From Octopus bimaculoides (Eukaryota): a DNA stretch of 64,000 nucleotides. Positions within the stretch are counted from its first letter, which is position 1. Every line of letters starts with the position of its first letter. Positions 1-13,640 of this stretch are shown here, piece by piece. A program made the translations under genes and the position numbers. The stretch lies in assembly GCF_001194135.2 (NCBI RefSeq), contig NC_068984.1:38937444-39001443 (forward strand), written 5' to 3'. The notes below the pieces were generated by a model. That model saw nothing but the letters and a program-made list of their open reading frames with translations, had not been told where the DNA came from and searched no databases.

Positions 1-446
1 GAAAATAAAAAGTACTTTTCCTTTGTTGAATTAAAAGAATCTTTGACAAGATAGTGTGTAAGCATTTGTTGAAAAAGTATCAAGGGAGTTAAATACCTAC
101 CAAATGAGGTTCTATATTATTTAAATTTATTTTCTATGTATCCCTATTTTAGAATAGCTACACTATGTCCCTAAGTGATAAGGGGGTTAAATGCGGATTA
201 ATGAGGATTTATCTAACTATATTTACTGTTATTTATGTACCTAGGTTTTAGAATAGGTACACTGTATCTCTAATGGAGTTGGAGACAGGAAAAGCATCTG
301 GCTGTAAAACACTACCTCAGAAAGTCTATCCAATCCATGTCAGTGAATGGAAAAGCAGATAAAATCGAGGTGGAGACAGACAGTCTGGATAAAAGTGTTT
401 AATAAGTCAAATTATAAGCAACATGTAAACACAGGAACAGTGTGTG

Positions 447-447
<1 letters not shown>

Positions 448-487
<40 letters not shown>
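448..487. repeat. (TA)n microsatellite abutting the end of the maT/Tc1 element
   Basis: About 20 TA units read directly. Confidence 0.95.
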
Positions 488-491
<4 letters not shown>

Positions 492-1711
492 GGTTATAAA
501 TACTAAAATAATGGTAGTAGACAAATATAATTTTAATGTAACATTTATTACAACAGAAACATTTACCACTCAATATGGCTGCTCTTTTGGGCAATTACTG
601 CCTCCACACAAGAACAAAATTTTTTGCAGCTGCTGCAACCTCTGCCTTTTTGATTTTGCATGTCACACACATGGTGCAAGTCTTCAAACTGTTGACACTC
701 AAGTGTGGTGAAACATTGGTCCTTGCATGAAGTACACCCCATAAAAAGTAATCGAGAAAGTTGAGATCTGTGCTATTTCTGGGCCAGATGTTGGCCCTCA
801 CAAAAAATGGCATCTCACCAAGGAAAGCCTGTGTTGCTTTTGACCCATGGTATGGTACAGAATCCTGGATAAGTACCATATTGTCAAGCCCAAACTTGTG
901 CTCCATCCAAGGTAACAGAGAGTTCTTCAGGATGTCCAGATACTCCTTTATGCCAATCTTAAAGCCAGACTCAATGAAGTGCTGGTCCATGATACTTCCA
1001 TCACTTGCCACAGCTCCACATACCATTACTAAGACAGGATTCTTAGTCTCAAACACAGTGGGGGTGGTGTCAGAAGGGTTGTATGCGATCACTCAAGAAT
1101 TTCTGTGATTCACCTCAGCATCTACAGTGAACTTTTTCTCATCCACAAACATGAGAGTTTTTTATGCACCTTGATGCTTGATGAATGACAGAAGCTTTCA
1201 GCATCTCTCAGCTCTGATTGCTTTGGCCTTGGCTGTTACGAGGTGACAGCATCATCGAACATACCTAGTCATGCTAAGGTTCCTATTCACAGCTCTAGAC
1301 ACTATGGGAAAGAACACATTGCATTTCTTTTCAAGATGTGTTGGCTTCAATTGAGCATTTGAGGCCAGCAAGAAACTTTGGATTGTGTTTGGAATCACTT
1401 TGAGTCTTGTGTTCTTTTCTATCAATCTTTTCCTCTTCTTTAAATTGTTTATACACATGATAAACTGTTGCTTTTGGAAGTTTCACTAACATAGCAATTT
1501 TATTGGCAATGTGCCTGGCACACACCAAAACAACAATGGTAGAATGATTCTGTTGTTCCATGACTTTCTGTTGTCGAATCAGTATGCCTTTTACCTGAAA
1601 AATAAAGAGAAGGATTAGATTTTCAAACAAGTAGGGTTTTGTCAAAAAATGAAACATTAAATTCACTAAGTCACTGCTAAAAATTGGTCTCAATTTATCT
1701 ACAAGACCCTG
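486..1711 (-). mobile_element. Degenerate IS630-Tc1-mariner transposon, maT/mori (DD37D)-like
   Basis: ORF 1331-1693 has an HTH-like N-terminus (KLPKATVYHVYKQF). ORF 595-1092 has VMVCGAVASDG, QDSVPYH and WPRNSTDLNFLDYFLWG, with D rather than E as third catalytic residue and 36 aa spacing here. Ends (c/t)AGGGT...ACCCTG are flanked by TA. Frameshifted. Confidence 0.85.
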
Positions 1712-2739
1712 TATATATTGCTACTAAATACAAACAGAAAGGACAATGCTACCAGAATAATTTGAAGAATTTAAGCTTTATTGTATCCCACTTATTTTTA
1801 AACTCAAAGTTGAAATTCAGCTTGTGTAAAACACTGAATAGTTCTGGCTTTAAATCACAGAAGTGAGACATTTTAGAATTAAACCAGCTGCCTCCCTGAA
1901 TCAAAAGTCAAAGGAACTCCATAAATATAAGTAGTAGTATTTTTGAAACAATGTCAACGTGATGTATCATTAGACAAAATAAATATCATATTGACATGAT
2001 TCTATACAATGTTCATCATGTTAAATCGATAGAAATGACAGTTAGAAATTATGTAGAAATTGTTAATTGAAGATAGTGGGTCTTGAATTTAAGGTCAAAG
2101 AAATAGTACTTGAGTTCTATATACAATTTTTCTCATTTCATCCTTGAAGGTTTGATATTTGTAATATCTTTCAGTAAACCAACGACCCACTGACTAATGA
2201 GACATTGTTATCACAGGAGCTTCTACAGGGTTTGAATTATAAAATGAAAGACTCCAGGAGATGTTTGAAATCTGGAAGAAAGCTATTTAGTCAATACATT
2301 TGAAGAGAAACATTGTTAGTTAGTAATAGAGATATTTAGAGGTGAACAGCATCAGAAAATAGGAATAAGATACTATGAAATTGGATAAACTGGTTATATA
2401 CTTTAACTATAATAGCAACTGTAAATAAGAGTACCTTTAGCTTAACTGAGAGTGTATAATTAAGTACATGTTTGCATAGTTGTGTCAGAATGAGGTTAAC
2501 TTGAATAAGAAACAGTTTGGCTTGCATCAGCATGTAATCCTAAAGATATCATCTTTCTTGTTAACCAATTGCAATAAAAGTTCTTAAAATATGAACAAAA
2601 CATCGTTTGATCTCTGACAGAATTTAATGGCTTAGAGTTTGGTGAAGACTGAAAAACTAATTGGACACCTGTGATTCTTAATCTGGTTGACAAGCCTATC
2701 CTTAGGTTAAGGATTACCAATCAGGTTAAAGTGGGCACT

Positions 2740-2779
2740 GTGGTGGTGGTGGTGGTGGTGGTGGTGGTGGTGGTGGTGG
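2740..2779. repeat. (GGT)n microsatellite
   Basis: About 13 units read directly. Confidence 0.95.
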
Positions 2780-2915
2780 CAGTGGGTGAGGGCATTTAGT
2801 GTTTAGAAAAATTATGATGTTCTTTTTTAGAAATATAATATCTAAGCTAGGTATAATACTTATATTTTATTCTTTTATTCTTTTTTTCTTTTATTTGTCT
2901 TGGTAAATTGACTGT

Positions 2916-3061
2916 NNNNNNNNNNNNNNNNNNNNNNNNNNNNNNNNNNNNNNNNNNNNNNNNNNNNNNNNNNNNNNNNNNNNNNNNNNNNNNNNNNNNN
3001 NNNNNNNNNNNNNNNNNNNNNNNNNNNNNNNNNNNNNNNNNNNNNNNNNNNNNNNNNNNNN
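2916..3061. other. Assembly gap (N run); other gaps at 12253-12262, 32240-32293, 45931-45955, 52605-52627
   Basis: N characters, mostly bordered by microsatellites or homopolymers. Confidence 1.
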
Positions 3062-3124
3062 GGGGGGGGGGGCACAAACACAGATGCACAAACATATACA
3101 CATATATATATATATATATATATA

Positions 3125-3285
3125 TGTGATGAGCTTTCAGTTTCTGTCTACCAAAACTACTCACAAGGCTTCGGTCGGCCTGAGGTTATAGTAGAAGATA
3201 CTTGCCCAAGATGCCACGCAGTGGGACTGAACCTGGAACCATGTGGTTGGGAAGTAAACTTCATACCACACAGCCATGCCTGCTC
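3125..3285 (-). mobile_element. tRNA-derived SINE, family B (head ...ggctgtgtggtaag...ggttcagtcccactgcgtggcaccttgggcaagtgtcttctactatagcc)
   Basis: Same motif recurs at about 14125-14275(-), 15050-15480(+), 15720-16080(-), 16860-17175(+), 19860-20000(+), 20640-20730(-), 36640-36750(-), 42420-42560(+), 50225-50445(+) and 55610-55750(+). Confidence 0.8.
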
Positions 3286-3329
3286 TTATTTTAACTTTTT
3301 GAATTCGAATATGAGTTGGATATTATGTT

Positions 3330-3800
3330 ATCAGTGAGGAGAAGACATGGCTGATAATGAACCAAGATCCAATACAATTTCATTATTGAAGTCCTTGTCT
3401 TCTTTGATAATTTCCACATAAATTTCACCTAGAGGGCAAATATCTAGAAATATCTGGAAGAGGTTCATACTAGATTGTATAGTGTAAGAAAATGTGGACA
3501 ATATTAGCAAGATTGGTTTCTGTTTCATTGAAATAACTGCTTTTCCAGTGAAAGGTGATACTGAGCAGCAAAAGCTGAAAACCACTCGGTGTAGACAAAA
3601 GACTTGTAAGAATTATTCAAACCGTGCATGAGTAAGTAAGAAGAAGATTGGCAGGGAGTACAGGGAAGCATATAGTATGTGGATAGATAGTCATCAGGTT
3701 TCTGCTTCCAAACCCCTCATTTTAATTATAGCTCTTAAGACTATGATAAAGGGATTCTAGACTGGATATCATTTGGAATAGATTTTGAGCATATTAAAAA
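3330..3800 (-). mobile_element. Degenerate LINE fragment, CR1/Jockey-like ORF2 linker region
   Basis: Broken translation EWFSAFAA...VKFMWKL resembles the PWFS..CAAA...FW motifs of CR1-like ORF2; many stops. Confidence 0.4.
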
Positions 3801-4404
3801 GTAAATGATGATACCTCAGTTCTTATTGACAAGACTGTTAAAAACCTGCTGAGAAAATTACAATGAATGGGGAATTGTTCAATCACTTAAAATAAAAGTG
3901 GCAAAGACCATTTTGTTAGTAACAAAAAGCACCAAATCTCAATGAGATATGAAGTCTTATTTGATATGTCAGTAGTATCTCAATGTGTATTCATTGTAAA
4001 TAATGAGTACACATAAGACTGTGGCTATAATAGATGCACAGATATGATTAACAGTAGGAGTGCTCTTGAAAGTAAGTTTACAAACTGATCAGTCAGGTTT
4101 ACCAGATGTAGTTGCTAGTTGGTGACCTAATTTGCAGTAGACATTGTAGCAATTCTATAGTAGCCAGAGTAATAGAGGGTTTGTCTCTCTCTCACTTCTT
4201 ACTCCCTATGTCTCTCTTGCTCCTCTCTCACACATACACACATGCACACGCACAGAAACATACACACACATGTACACAAACAGACATGCACAGAGCAAAA
4301 GAAAACTGTATGAAACATTTGTAAAGTATGTAATACTGCATGGTAATGAGACATGGATGTTAAAGAAAGACAAGAAAAGAAATGAGTAATTTTGGTTTAA
4401 AATT

Positions 4405-4610
4405 TTGATACAAGGCTAGTAATTTCAAGGGAGGGGTTAAATCAATTACACCAACCCCTGTATTCAACTAGTACTTATTTTATCAACCCTGAGAGGACGA
4501 AAGGCAAAGTTGACCTCAGCAGAATTTGAACTCAAAACGTAAAGCTGGATAATATGCTGCTGAGCATTTTGCCCAGCATGCTAACAGTTCTGCCAGCTCA
4601 CTGCTCTTGA
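4405..4610 (-). mobile_element. tRNA-derived SINE, family A (...ttctgagttcaaattccgccgaggtcgactttgcctttcatcc...)
   Basis: B-box-like GTTCAAATTC. Homologous copies at about 19065-19260, 23970-24175, 36400-36540, 39095-39300 and 57500-57730. Confidence 0.8.
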
Positions 4611-5554
4611 AAAGAGTAAAATTAAGCAGCTTAGAATGAAAGCAGTAATGAACAGAGAGAGCAGCTGTGTATTAAAGGAGAGTTTCAATTGATGTATATA
4701 GGCACCATGACAACATTAGTATGGAGATATGATGCAAATAGGGGGATGAGTAGAGGTGGGGAAAAGTACTTGTAGCAGATTTCAAGGTATTGAAATGTTG
4801 AGTATCTCATACAATACAAGATAACAAAAATTTGAGACAAGTGGTGATGTCCGTTCCTTTCCAACCTATCTCATGCCAGCAGTGGGAAAGCAATGATGAC
4901 AATGATGATGGTGATGAAAAATTTTGACTTCAGTCACAAAATTTACTTATTTTTTTGTTATTTATTTGACCAGTATGATTTACAAGTTACAATTTCTAAA
5001 ACCTAGACTAACCAGTGCAAGACAGATGCAATGGAATACATGACAGATTGTCATGTCTTGAATGCTAATCAAAATATAAATTTCCAATCATTCTTAGTTT
5101 GTGGGTCATTAACAATTAGATATCTAACTCCATCACATAATCTAAGTTAATGAGGCCCATTCAACAAGAAGGACTACAACTACTACTACTACTACCACCG
5201 CCACCACCACTACCACCACCATAATTGCTGTAAAACAACCCAGTCACAAAGCTCACTACCAGTATTACCTACTTTTGATGTTTATTATTTAACTAAGCCT
5301 ATTAAATATAACAATATTTACAGTGGATTAAAGAGCTAACACAGTTTTTAAAGTAGGCTCTTTGTTTCACAGAAAATAAACCAACAATATAACTTAAAGC
5401 AGTTGTTTTTCAATTTTTTCGATACTGAGGCACATGAGATCAAACAGAAAGTTGTTGATGCATTTCACATGGAAGTGTAAAAGAAATTACTTGCAGATTT
5501 GGTGTTCAAAAAAATAGTTTAAAATTCAGGAAAATATAGAAAATTAATGCTTAT

Positions 5555-6002
5555 ATAGGTGCAGGCATGGCTGTGTGGTTAAGATGCTTGCTTTACAACT
5601 ACATAATTTTGGGTGGCATGTAAATAGCACCGTTTAAGTGGTATCGTTACCAGCACCACCTTACTGGCACTTGTGCCGGTGGCATGTGAAAAAACATTTG
5701 AGCAAGGTCATTGCCAGCGCTGCTGGACGGGCTCCTGTGCATGTGGCATGTAAAATACACCATTCTGAGCATGGCCGTTGCCAGTACCGCCTGATTGGCT
5801 CTCGTGCCTGTGGCACGTAAAAGTACCCACTAACACCAACCACTCCAAGAGTGGTTGGTGTTAGGAAGGGTATCCAGCTGTAGAAACTACAGATCAGATT
5901 GGAGCCTGGCGCAGCCATCTGGTTCGCCAGTCCTCAGTCAAATCGTCCAATCCATGCTAGCATGGAAAGCAGACGCTAAACGATGAGGATGATGATGATG
6001 AT
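5555..6002 (+). mobile_element. SINE head joined to RTE-type 3' tail ending in (GAT)n
   Basis: Tail ttaggaagggcatccagctgtagaaac...ccatgctagcatggaaagc...aaacgatgatgat is shared with the 3' UTR of the RTE at 47237-48840. Further tail copies at about 11070-11395, 12620-12835, 20170-20335, 27130-27360, 41710-42048, 50800-50960 and 58240-58510. Confidence 0.8.
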
Positions 6003-7086
6003 ATAATAATCATACATGTGAATTACAAAATTGGGAATAATAAATTTCAAGATATTCAAGTTATAGTATAGATTTTCTAAAACCTTAAATTGTATTTTTA
6101 AAAATGTAAAGTACATCAATGCATTGCAGCACACCATATAAGAACCAATGGTTTAAAATATCTGATATTATCCGTCTACATAAACTATTTTGTGTTTATT
6201 TACTTTCAAGTGTTGTAATCTGTGGAAGAAAGTTGTGGGTTAAGTTGATAGAGCACTGCATTATCTCAAAGAGTTAATGACTTGCATTTTGCTCATGGTT
6301 TCATAGTGTTTTTATGGCCCTGACACTTAAGCCCTGATTGCTTGTCCGAACTAGATCTAAATAAGGTAAGAGATCTGCTGAAAGCTCAGTAAAATTTGGC
6401 AGCTAGCAAATTTTTGCTCATTTGCTGCTCTGTATTCAACTCGCCTTGTAGATACCTATAACCAAAGCATTCCATTCATGACCATCTCATCTTATTTTCA
6501 AGCAATTATATCCAATGATGTCTGTTCTTTATTTAATGATATGATAATAAAGAGTTCAAATTATGCAATAGTATCAGCTCTAGAGTAAAATTTTCATCTA
6601 TAATACATACTCAATGTACATATATTTTTGAAAAGTTTGACACTGCAGTGGTCATCTTGAGAAAAGATCCCTTTATAGACACAGTATGTTTAACACACTA
6701 CATCCATAAAAGGATCCTTTCTGAGATGACAACTCCAGCTTCTGACTTTTCAACAATATACCTACATTGAGTGTGTCATATAGATAAAGATTATAATACA
6801 AAATATTTTGAGATGAAATTGGTTCCTCTTTTTAGCAGGCTGAACAACTATGTAGATGGTCTTTCATTTGAACAATAAGGCTTGTTCATCTGGGGATGTG
6901 CTCTATGAAGCTGATTTTTCACTGTATGAAGATGAAACATTTTTTAGTGATATTTTTACACTTCAATGGATTACATGACACATTGATCTACTTATGAAAT
7001 AAATCTATTTATTCATAGCTAATTAAGTTTACATTGTAAATGATACATATTGCCATTTATTTAACACACACTTTGATATTATCCAT

Positions 7087-7240
7087 TGGCGTTAGGAAGG
7101 GCATCCAGCTGTAGAAACTCTGCCAAATTAGACTGGAGCCTGGTGTTGCCATCCGGTTTCACCAGTCCTCAGTCAAATCGTCCAACCCATGCTAGCATGG
7201 AAAGCGGACGTTAAACGATGATGATGATGATGATGATGAT
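7087..7240 (+). mobile_element. Young tail-only RTE-type retroposon with (GAT)n tail
   Basis: One mismatch versus the reverse complement of 40896-41046; CpGs intact. Confidence 0.85.
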
Positions 7241-7449
7241 CTTACATATCTGATTCTGTAAGCAATGATTTATTTATTATTTTCTAAGGACAGAAATATC
7301 AATGTCCTCTGAACTATTCAGAGATGAAATTATATCAGTATGCAGTGATCTTCAAATTTACAATGATCATCCACATTTTGTACTGTAATGAAACAATGTA
7401 ATAGAAAATCATGTGAAGTTTAATTTGATTTCTTTCTATTTTCGTTCAA

Positions 7450-9050
7450 CTAACACAGAATTATCAATAAATTTATTTCAAATTTGTATGCAAAAGTAAA
7501 ATTACTAAGATCAAGAGAAACAAAAACACCGAAAAACGTGTGGTGCTACTACTCTGTATTTCCACTGGTACCATCTGTTGGTTAATGATCTTGTTAGGAC
7601 AGAATGGTGATATCATGACTGACTTGATGTCAAAAAGGTACAAAGTGTAACATATGTCACTTGAGTACCTAGAAGTGGAAAATACTTTAAAATAGGTCAC
7701 AGACGAGATTTTTTTTATTTGCATGTATTCCACTGAAGATAAAATTTCCTGTTTACTATCATATCAAATAATTCCTGTTCCAATTTCAAGCATATTGATA
7801 CAACTGATTTTGAATATCAATACATCAATCCTGGCTTTCATGAAGAAGTCTTTTTTTTTTTTTAGAACTGAGTAAATGGCATCAAAGATGAACTCAGTAG
7901 ATGAGTCTGATTACAACTCTATACCATGCAGAAGAAAAAGAAAATAATTTTGGACTATTTTTCAATGGTGTCATAATCTCAGTGTCACCATAGCCAGTTG
8001 CAGAGCCTGAGTCTGATTTATCAGGAGCCAATAACAAGTATGAATAGAAATTCAACTAGATTAAATTAGTCATAAACATCCACCAGGTGGTATGCCTGTG
8101 TGAAATCATAAAGCATGAGACATCTGTTAAAGTGAAATATCTGAAGATATTCCTGCCAGTCACAAAGAAAGTATTTCAGAAATAGGATTGTGAAGTTTCA
8201 GAAGTTGACTGTGAAATGACAATATTGGAGTTCTTAAGGCATGAAAATTATCCCCACTGGCTGTCTACCATATACACAAATGAATGAACCAAATATTAAA
8301 AAGTTGTTAAAAATCACATCCAGAATTATGTTAATCAAAGATGCTTGAAAATTTCTTCAAGAAAAGAAACTGAAAAGGCATCTGAAGTTCAATGGGTGTG
8401 CATGGTAAGCAATTAAGTAGTGCAAATAAACAACTTTGTGACAAAATTTGTGGACCAATGATGCCAAATCACATTTGTGACAAACAACTGGCCATCCAAC
8501 TGTAATAAGCCATTTACTCCATATAATACAATTAATTTTGAACTTCAATACATTAATCCTGTCCTTCACAATGAATCCTTAAGAGCTATTATCGAAAGTG
8601 ATCTATACTGATTTTTACAGCAAATCTCTTCTATTTAAGCTATCTCCTTCAAATACAATGATTTAGCTGAGAAAATACAGAAAGGCGACCCAGGTTTTAA
8701 AGCTGAAAGTTATAGTCAGTCATAGTAAAGAAGGAAATTTGATTAGGAAGTGGTGAAATAATTGAATCTAGTGCAGCAGGGCATGAATAGGCATTTTTCA
8801 GAGGCACAGAGCAGTCTATGCAGTTCAATAATGGTCAGTAAAACATAAATCAGTGGAGACACCAAAAACACAGGAAGATACATTGGTATGTGTGCAAAGG
8901 TGGATTGCCTGAAGGAAGAGCTTGGTGTTGAGCATCTTATGTTGAAATCAGTATATGCAACACATAACTTAGCAGCTGAAGTAAAGGAGATCTTCAACTC
9001 AGTTGCAAAAATTCAAAATATTGTAAAATGCTTGTAGAATTGCTATTTTT
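7450..9050 (+). pseudogene. Highly degenerate hAT-like transposase remnant
   Basis: Fragments FEYQYINPGFHEE (about 7810), FELQYINPVLHNE (about 8545) and SGDTKNTGRYIGMCAK...LKSVYATHNLAA resemble the hAT TDGxxxNTG...CxxHxxxLA motif; many stops. Confidence 0.45.
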
Positions 9051-9143
9051 TTCCCACAAGTCACAATGACAAACTTCAAAACAAATACAAACTTAATAAC
9101 TCAGAAAAGGGTTACAAACCAAAATGGTTTACAAAACATTTAA

Positions 9144-9376
9144 CCCTTTGCTTGACCTGTGTATCAGAAATGATACACAAGACATATTTCCCTGGTGTCG
9201 ATGTATCATATATGATATATAATCTCAATTTTTTTCAACCACCAGAGTAACAGGGGACTTATGAAAAGAATGTTTTATATTACTCAAAATCTATGAAACA
9301 AGGATTAACTAAAATTCTGAAAACAAGCATGGCCATTTAGGATAAACTTATGAAAATGCTTTGGACAGGTAAAGAG
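9144..9376. mobile_element. TTAA-flanked MITE (piggyBac-like ends CCCTTT...AAAGAG)
   Basis: TTAA at 9140-9143 and 9377-9380; imperfect TIR ccctttg..acctgt / acaggtaaagag. Confidence 0.6.
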
Positions 9377-9489
9377 TTAAATTTGACCAAATTGAATTGA
9401 TAGAAAAGCTAAGAGATACAAAAACAAACAAACAAAAATGCAACTTTCTGAAGTTAGATCTTACTACTTTTGCCTCAAAAGAAATACAT

Positions 9490-10200
9490 TTTATACAAAT
9501 GTAATAAGGATTGACTATACACAGGTGTTCTCTTTGTATCAAAAAGTTGGCCCAAATATTGTATGTGGCAGATGTGCAGGAACAATAAGCACTAAGAGCA
9601 TATGCAACTTAGATTCTCTCAAATGCCCAGGAGGCTCTATTGAGGTGTAGATAGTTTCTGTTACCTAAGTGACTAAATTAGCAATGGTGGAGGATGCTCT
9701 GAAAGTATTGTTCCTAGAATAAGAATTGGGTGTAAGTTCAGAGAGCTATTACCTCTGTTGGCAGCAAAAGTACTCTCTCTCAGAGTGAAAGGTAGACTGT
9801 ATGATGCTTGTGCATGAATGACTATACTCCATGGTAGTGAGACATGGGTTCTGAACGCAGAAGACATGTGTAGACTGGAGAGAAATGAAGGTAGTATACT
9901 CCGTTGGATGTGCAACATCAGTGCGCATGTACAATAAAGTGCAAATGTATTGAGAGAAAAGCTGGGCATAAGAAGAATCAAATGTAGCATACAAGAGACT
10001 AAGTTGGTTTGGACATGTGATACATATGAATGAGGACAGCTGTGTAAAGAAGTGCTGATCACAGGAGAGGGAGACCCAGGAAGACATGGAATGAAGTGGT
10101 AAGGACTGATCTCAGGAAATGACCATGGACTGAGATGTCTGGTGATATGAAGTTCATGAGAAGACCTGCCCACATCAGCAAAACTGAGTTCTAGAAGTGA
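9490..10200 (+). mobile_element. Degenerate RTE LINE 3' fragment
   Basis: Homologous to 47640-48400 (e.g. ggcagcaaaagtactctctctcagagtgaaaggtagactgtatgatgcttgtg). Confidence 0.8.
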
Positions 10201-11070
10201 TGTGTGTCCCACCCACACTCTATCACAATGAACCAAACTACGTCTCTACATCTCTTCTCTTCCTCCCATTTCCGCTCCATGTACTATGATTACCTCCCAC
10301 ACTCCAATCATGTCCTCTTGGCCTGCTGCCACTGTATCATTGCTCTCTGCTTGCCCCCCAACATGTACATTCTACCCACATGCCTTGTCTCACTCTATTA
10401 ATGCCATCTGCCAGCCCCCGCTCTGGCTGTTCCACCCACATGTAACAAGAAAACTTTTTCCCTCAATCTACCCCAACAAACCAACCTACATCTCTTCTCT
10501 TTCTCGCATTTCCTCCTTCATTCACTATGCCTAGCTCCCACTCCCCAATCCTGTTCTCAAGGCCCTGTTTCTCTGTATCATTGCTATCTGGTAGCCCCCT
10601 GACTCTACATATACCCAGGTTTTCACCTCCTCTATCTCTGCACTTTCTAATTACACTTCCTCGCAATATCCTGCCACTTATATTACATTATATACTCTTA
10701 TATAGACATTCGACCCTCAAGGGTATGCCCTGTCACTTGCCACCATCTATATCTCTCTCTTCCTTTACTCAACCATTCCATTTATATTCTGATCCCGCTA
10801 CCTTTTGAGTATGCCCAGCACTTTGTCACCATCTCTCTCTCCTTCTCCTGCACTTCTCTCACATTGGGTAACCATGTATTTTCTTTGCAGCAGTGCACCT
10901 GTTTCTGTCTTTATTCCTGATCTCTCTCTCCCCTCTCCCCCCAGCCAGGTAACCTTGTATCTCTTCTACAACAAGACACCTGTTTCTGTCTCTCAGTCTC
11001 ACTATAACCTTTCATCATCTGACACAAGATCACCTCCTCCAATGCCCCCTCTTCTCACAAAAGAGATGTT
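10200..11070. repeat. Pyrimidine-rich (C/T on + strand) repeat-derived stretch leading into an RTE-type tail; similar stretches at 12430-12620 and 22700-22900
   Basis: Strong strand asymmetry; ends in cttgcaagtacttggtgac before the shared tail; no coherent ORF. Confidence 0.5.
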
Positions 11071-12312
11071 TTTGTCTTGCAAGTACTTGGTGACCCTCTC
11101 AGTGCAGGTGCCACTTAAAAGCACCTGATCCACACTGTAAAGTGATTGGCATTTAGAAGGGCATCCAGCTGTAAAAACCTTGCCAAAACTGAAGATGCCT
11201 GTGCTTGTGCCACATAAAAATCAACTAAGTCAACTCTGCTGAGTGGTTGATGTTAGGAAGAGCATCCAGCTGTAAAAATCCTGTCAAAACAGTTACAGAA
11301 GTCTGGTGCAGGCTTCTGCCTGGCCGGTTACTGTCAAACCGTCCCACCCATGCCAGCATGGAAGGCAGATGTTAAGTGATGTTGATGATGATGATGATAA
11401 AAATAAAATTAATTAATAAAGACAGGTAATTTATTATGGTAGCCAATGAATGGTACTTTTGATTACTGTATCTAAATATGTACTAATTATTTACTAAATG
11501 CTTGTAGACATTGTGTAATATTTGTTAAAGTGAATACTTTTCAGTGAATACTGGAACATGAATTCGCTTGCTTGCTATTGCTATTTATATCTGATTCAAG
11601 TGGTTTGTTGTTACTGATGATGTTATAAGTGCATAGGATAAAACGGTTTTCTAGACATTAAACAGTTTTCAATAAATTTTCTGATATTTCTGTTGCTTTT
11701 CTTTTTTTTTTTTAGACATATTTTTAAATGACAATCAAGTATACTTCTTCACTGTCTCATATGAGTTGGAAGATGAATGCATCTGAGACTTAAGTGATAG
11801 AAGTAATCAATAACCACAATAAAGGATTTCTGAGAAAATTCATAATATACTTAGCAGTACACACATGGTAGCATGCATGCCTGAGTAAGATAATCATTAG
11901 AGCGAGCCAGAGCATAGGCTGTGCAAATTATGCATTGATCAATTTTTCTTATTTCATACCCTGAACTAAATGGTTACAAGACTTAGTCAAGCAGTCTAGC
12001 ATTTCAGCCATTCATCTTTGACCTAAGTCGTAAAGATGAGATAAATGAAATAGATAAATAGCAACCAGTTATTTCTATATGTGCATGTGTGTGTGTGTGT
12101 ACATGTAGGGCAGAGAGGATGGAGGTTTTTGAAATGGCCATTAATCAACCCCAGTAGGCTGCACCAGGTTCCAATCTGATCTGGCAAGGTTTCTACAGCT
12201 GGATGCCCTTCCTAACACCAACCACTCCAAGAGTGCAGTGGGTGCATAGATANNNNNNNNNNGCTGGATGCCCTTCCTAACACCAACCACTCCAAGAGTG
12301 CAGTGGGTGCAT

Positions 12313-12349
<37 letters not shown>

Positions 12350-13279
12350 AGCACCTACACATGAACACAAATACATCATATATAAAAAGAGAAGCAGGGG
12401 TGATCAAAAGTTGCCAGGGAAGGAAAGGGAAGATGCACTTACCTACACATCTACCTTTTCTGCTCCTTTATCTTATTGTCTCTCATATTCACCTTGTGCC
12501 TTGACCTCACATCTCTCTCTCTCCAGTGGACAAGCCATGTATTCACCTCTTCAGCCAGATACCTACTCCTGTCCCTCTATCCTAGTTTCTTATCCTTTCA
12601 TTCTAAACACCACTCAGTTAAGGGCTCTTGTTTTGCAAGTACTTGGTGACATCAGTGGTGCTGGTGCAACGTAAAAAGCACCCAGTACACTTTGTGAAGT
12701 GGTTGGCATTAGGAAAGGCATCCAGCTGTAGATGCCATGCCAAAGCAGACACAGACCCTGATGCAGTCCTCTGGCCGAACAGTCCAACCCATGCTAGCAT
12801 GAAAAAAAGAGACATTAAATTATGATGATGATGATACATATAAATATATATATATGGTGGTATAGTTGTTTGGATAGAAAGATTGCTTTGTAACTTCATG
12901 GTCTCAAGTTATATCTCACTTTGTGATACTTTTGGTGTCTTCTATTGCAACTTCAGACTAACCAATGTCTTGTGAGTGTAATTGGTAGATGAAACTGTAA
13001 AGGAGCCACACACACACATATGTGTATGTGCACATGTATGCATGTGTGAATACTTATATTGTACTTCACAGTAAAGCATTATTCTAAAAAAATGTTGACA
13101 TTTATTGATATTCTTTGTCAAGAAATTGTCCTCTAGCTCTAAACTTTCAAAGATGAGAGGAATACTAATTAATACTTACTTAAAAACAGGTAAAGTTTAC
13201 AACACCCAGCTGTAAAAACAGTGTTGCAATGACATCTATTTGGCTAAGCCATGCTAGCCTGGAAATACACTAGAGAAAA

Positions 13280-13640
13280 GACATATGGAGGGAATCTCAG
13301 AGGGAGAGTAGTTTCTGGCCAGATGTGGGGTAGTGTACATGTGTAGGTACAACCAACGAGTTTTGCTGACCATTGTGAAATGAAGCTGGATAATCTGTTC
13401 TGATTTCATGGGTGTTCTTATTTTTTTGCTTTTCCTTTTACAGTTAGGCTATATAAGTTATTTTGTTTTGCTAAAAGAATTTATCATCATCACCATCATT
13501 ATTTAACATCCATTGTCCATGCTGGCATGGGTTGGACAGTTTGACCAGGGCTGGTAAGCTGGAAGGTGCATCAGACTCCAGTCTGATTTGGCATGGTTTT
13601 CTATGGTTGGATGCCCTTCCAAATGCCATTTTCACAACTG
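13280..13640 (-). repeat. Composite repeat: RTE-type tail plus LINE-like flank, sharing its junction with 35145-35455
   Basis: ...gaagctggata(a/c)tctgttctgatttcatgggtgtt...ttttgct(a/g)aaag(a/g)atttatcatcat... present at both loci. Confidence 0.7.

Noticed and set aside
2178-2330. Possible plus-strand exon after tatctttcag
   Set aside because: Stops in all three frames close to the acceptor and no recognisable protein.
10204-11128. Cluster of Ser/Pro/Leu-rich ORFs
   Set aside because: Compositional artefact of a pyrimidine-rich repeat; no domain motifs or consistent splice signals.
12195-12312. Tandem duplication of a ~55-bp SINE-tail segment
   Set aside because: The copies lie directly on either side of a 10-N gap; typical unmerged contig overlap.
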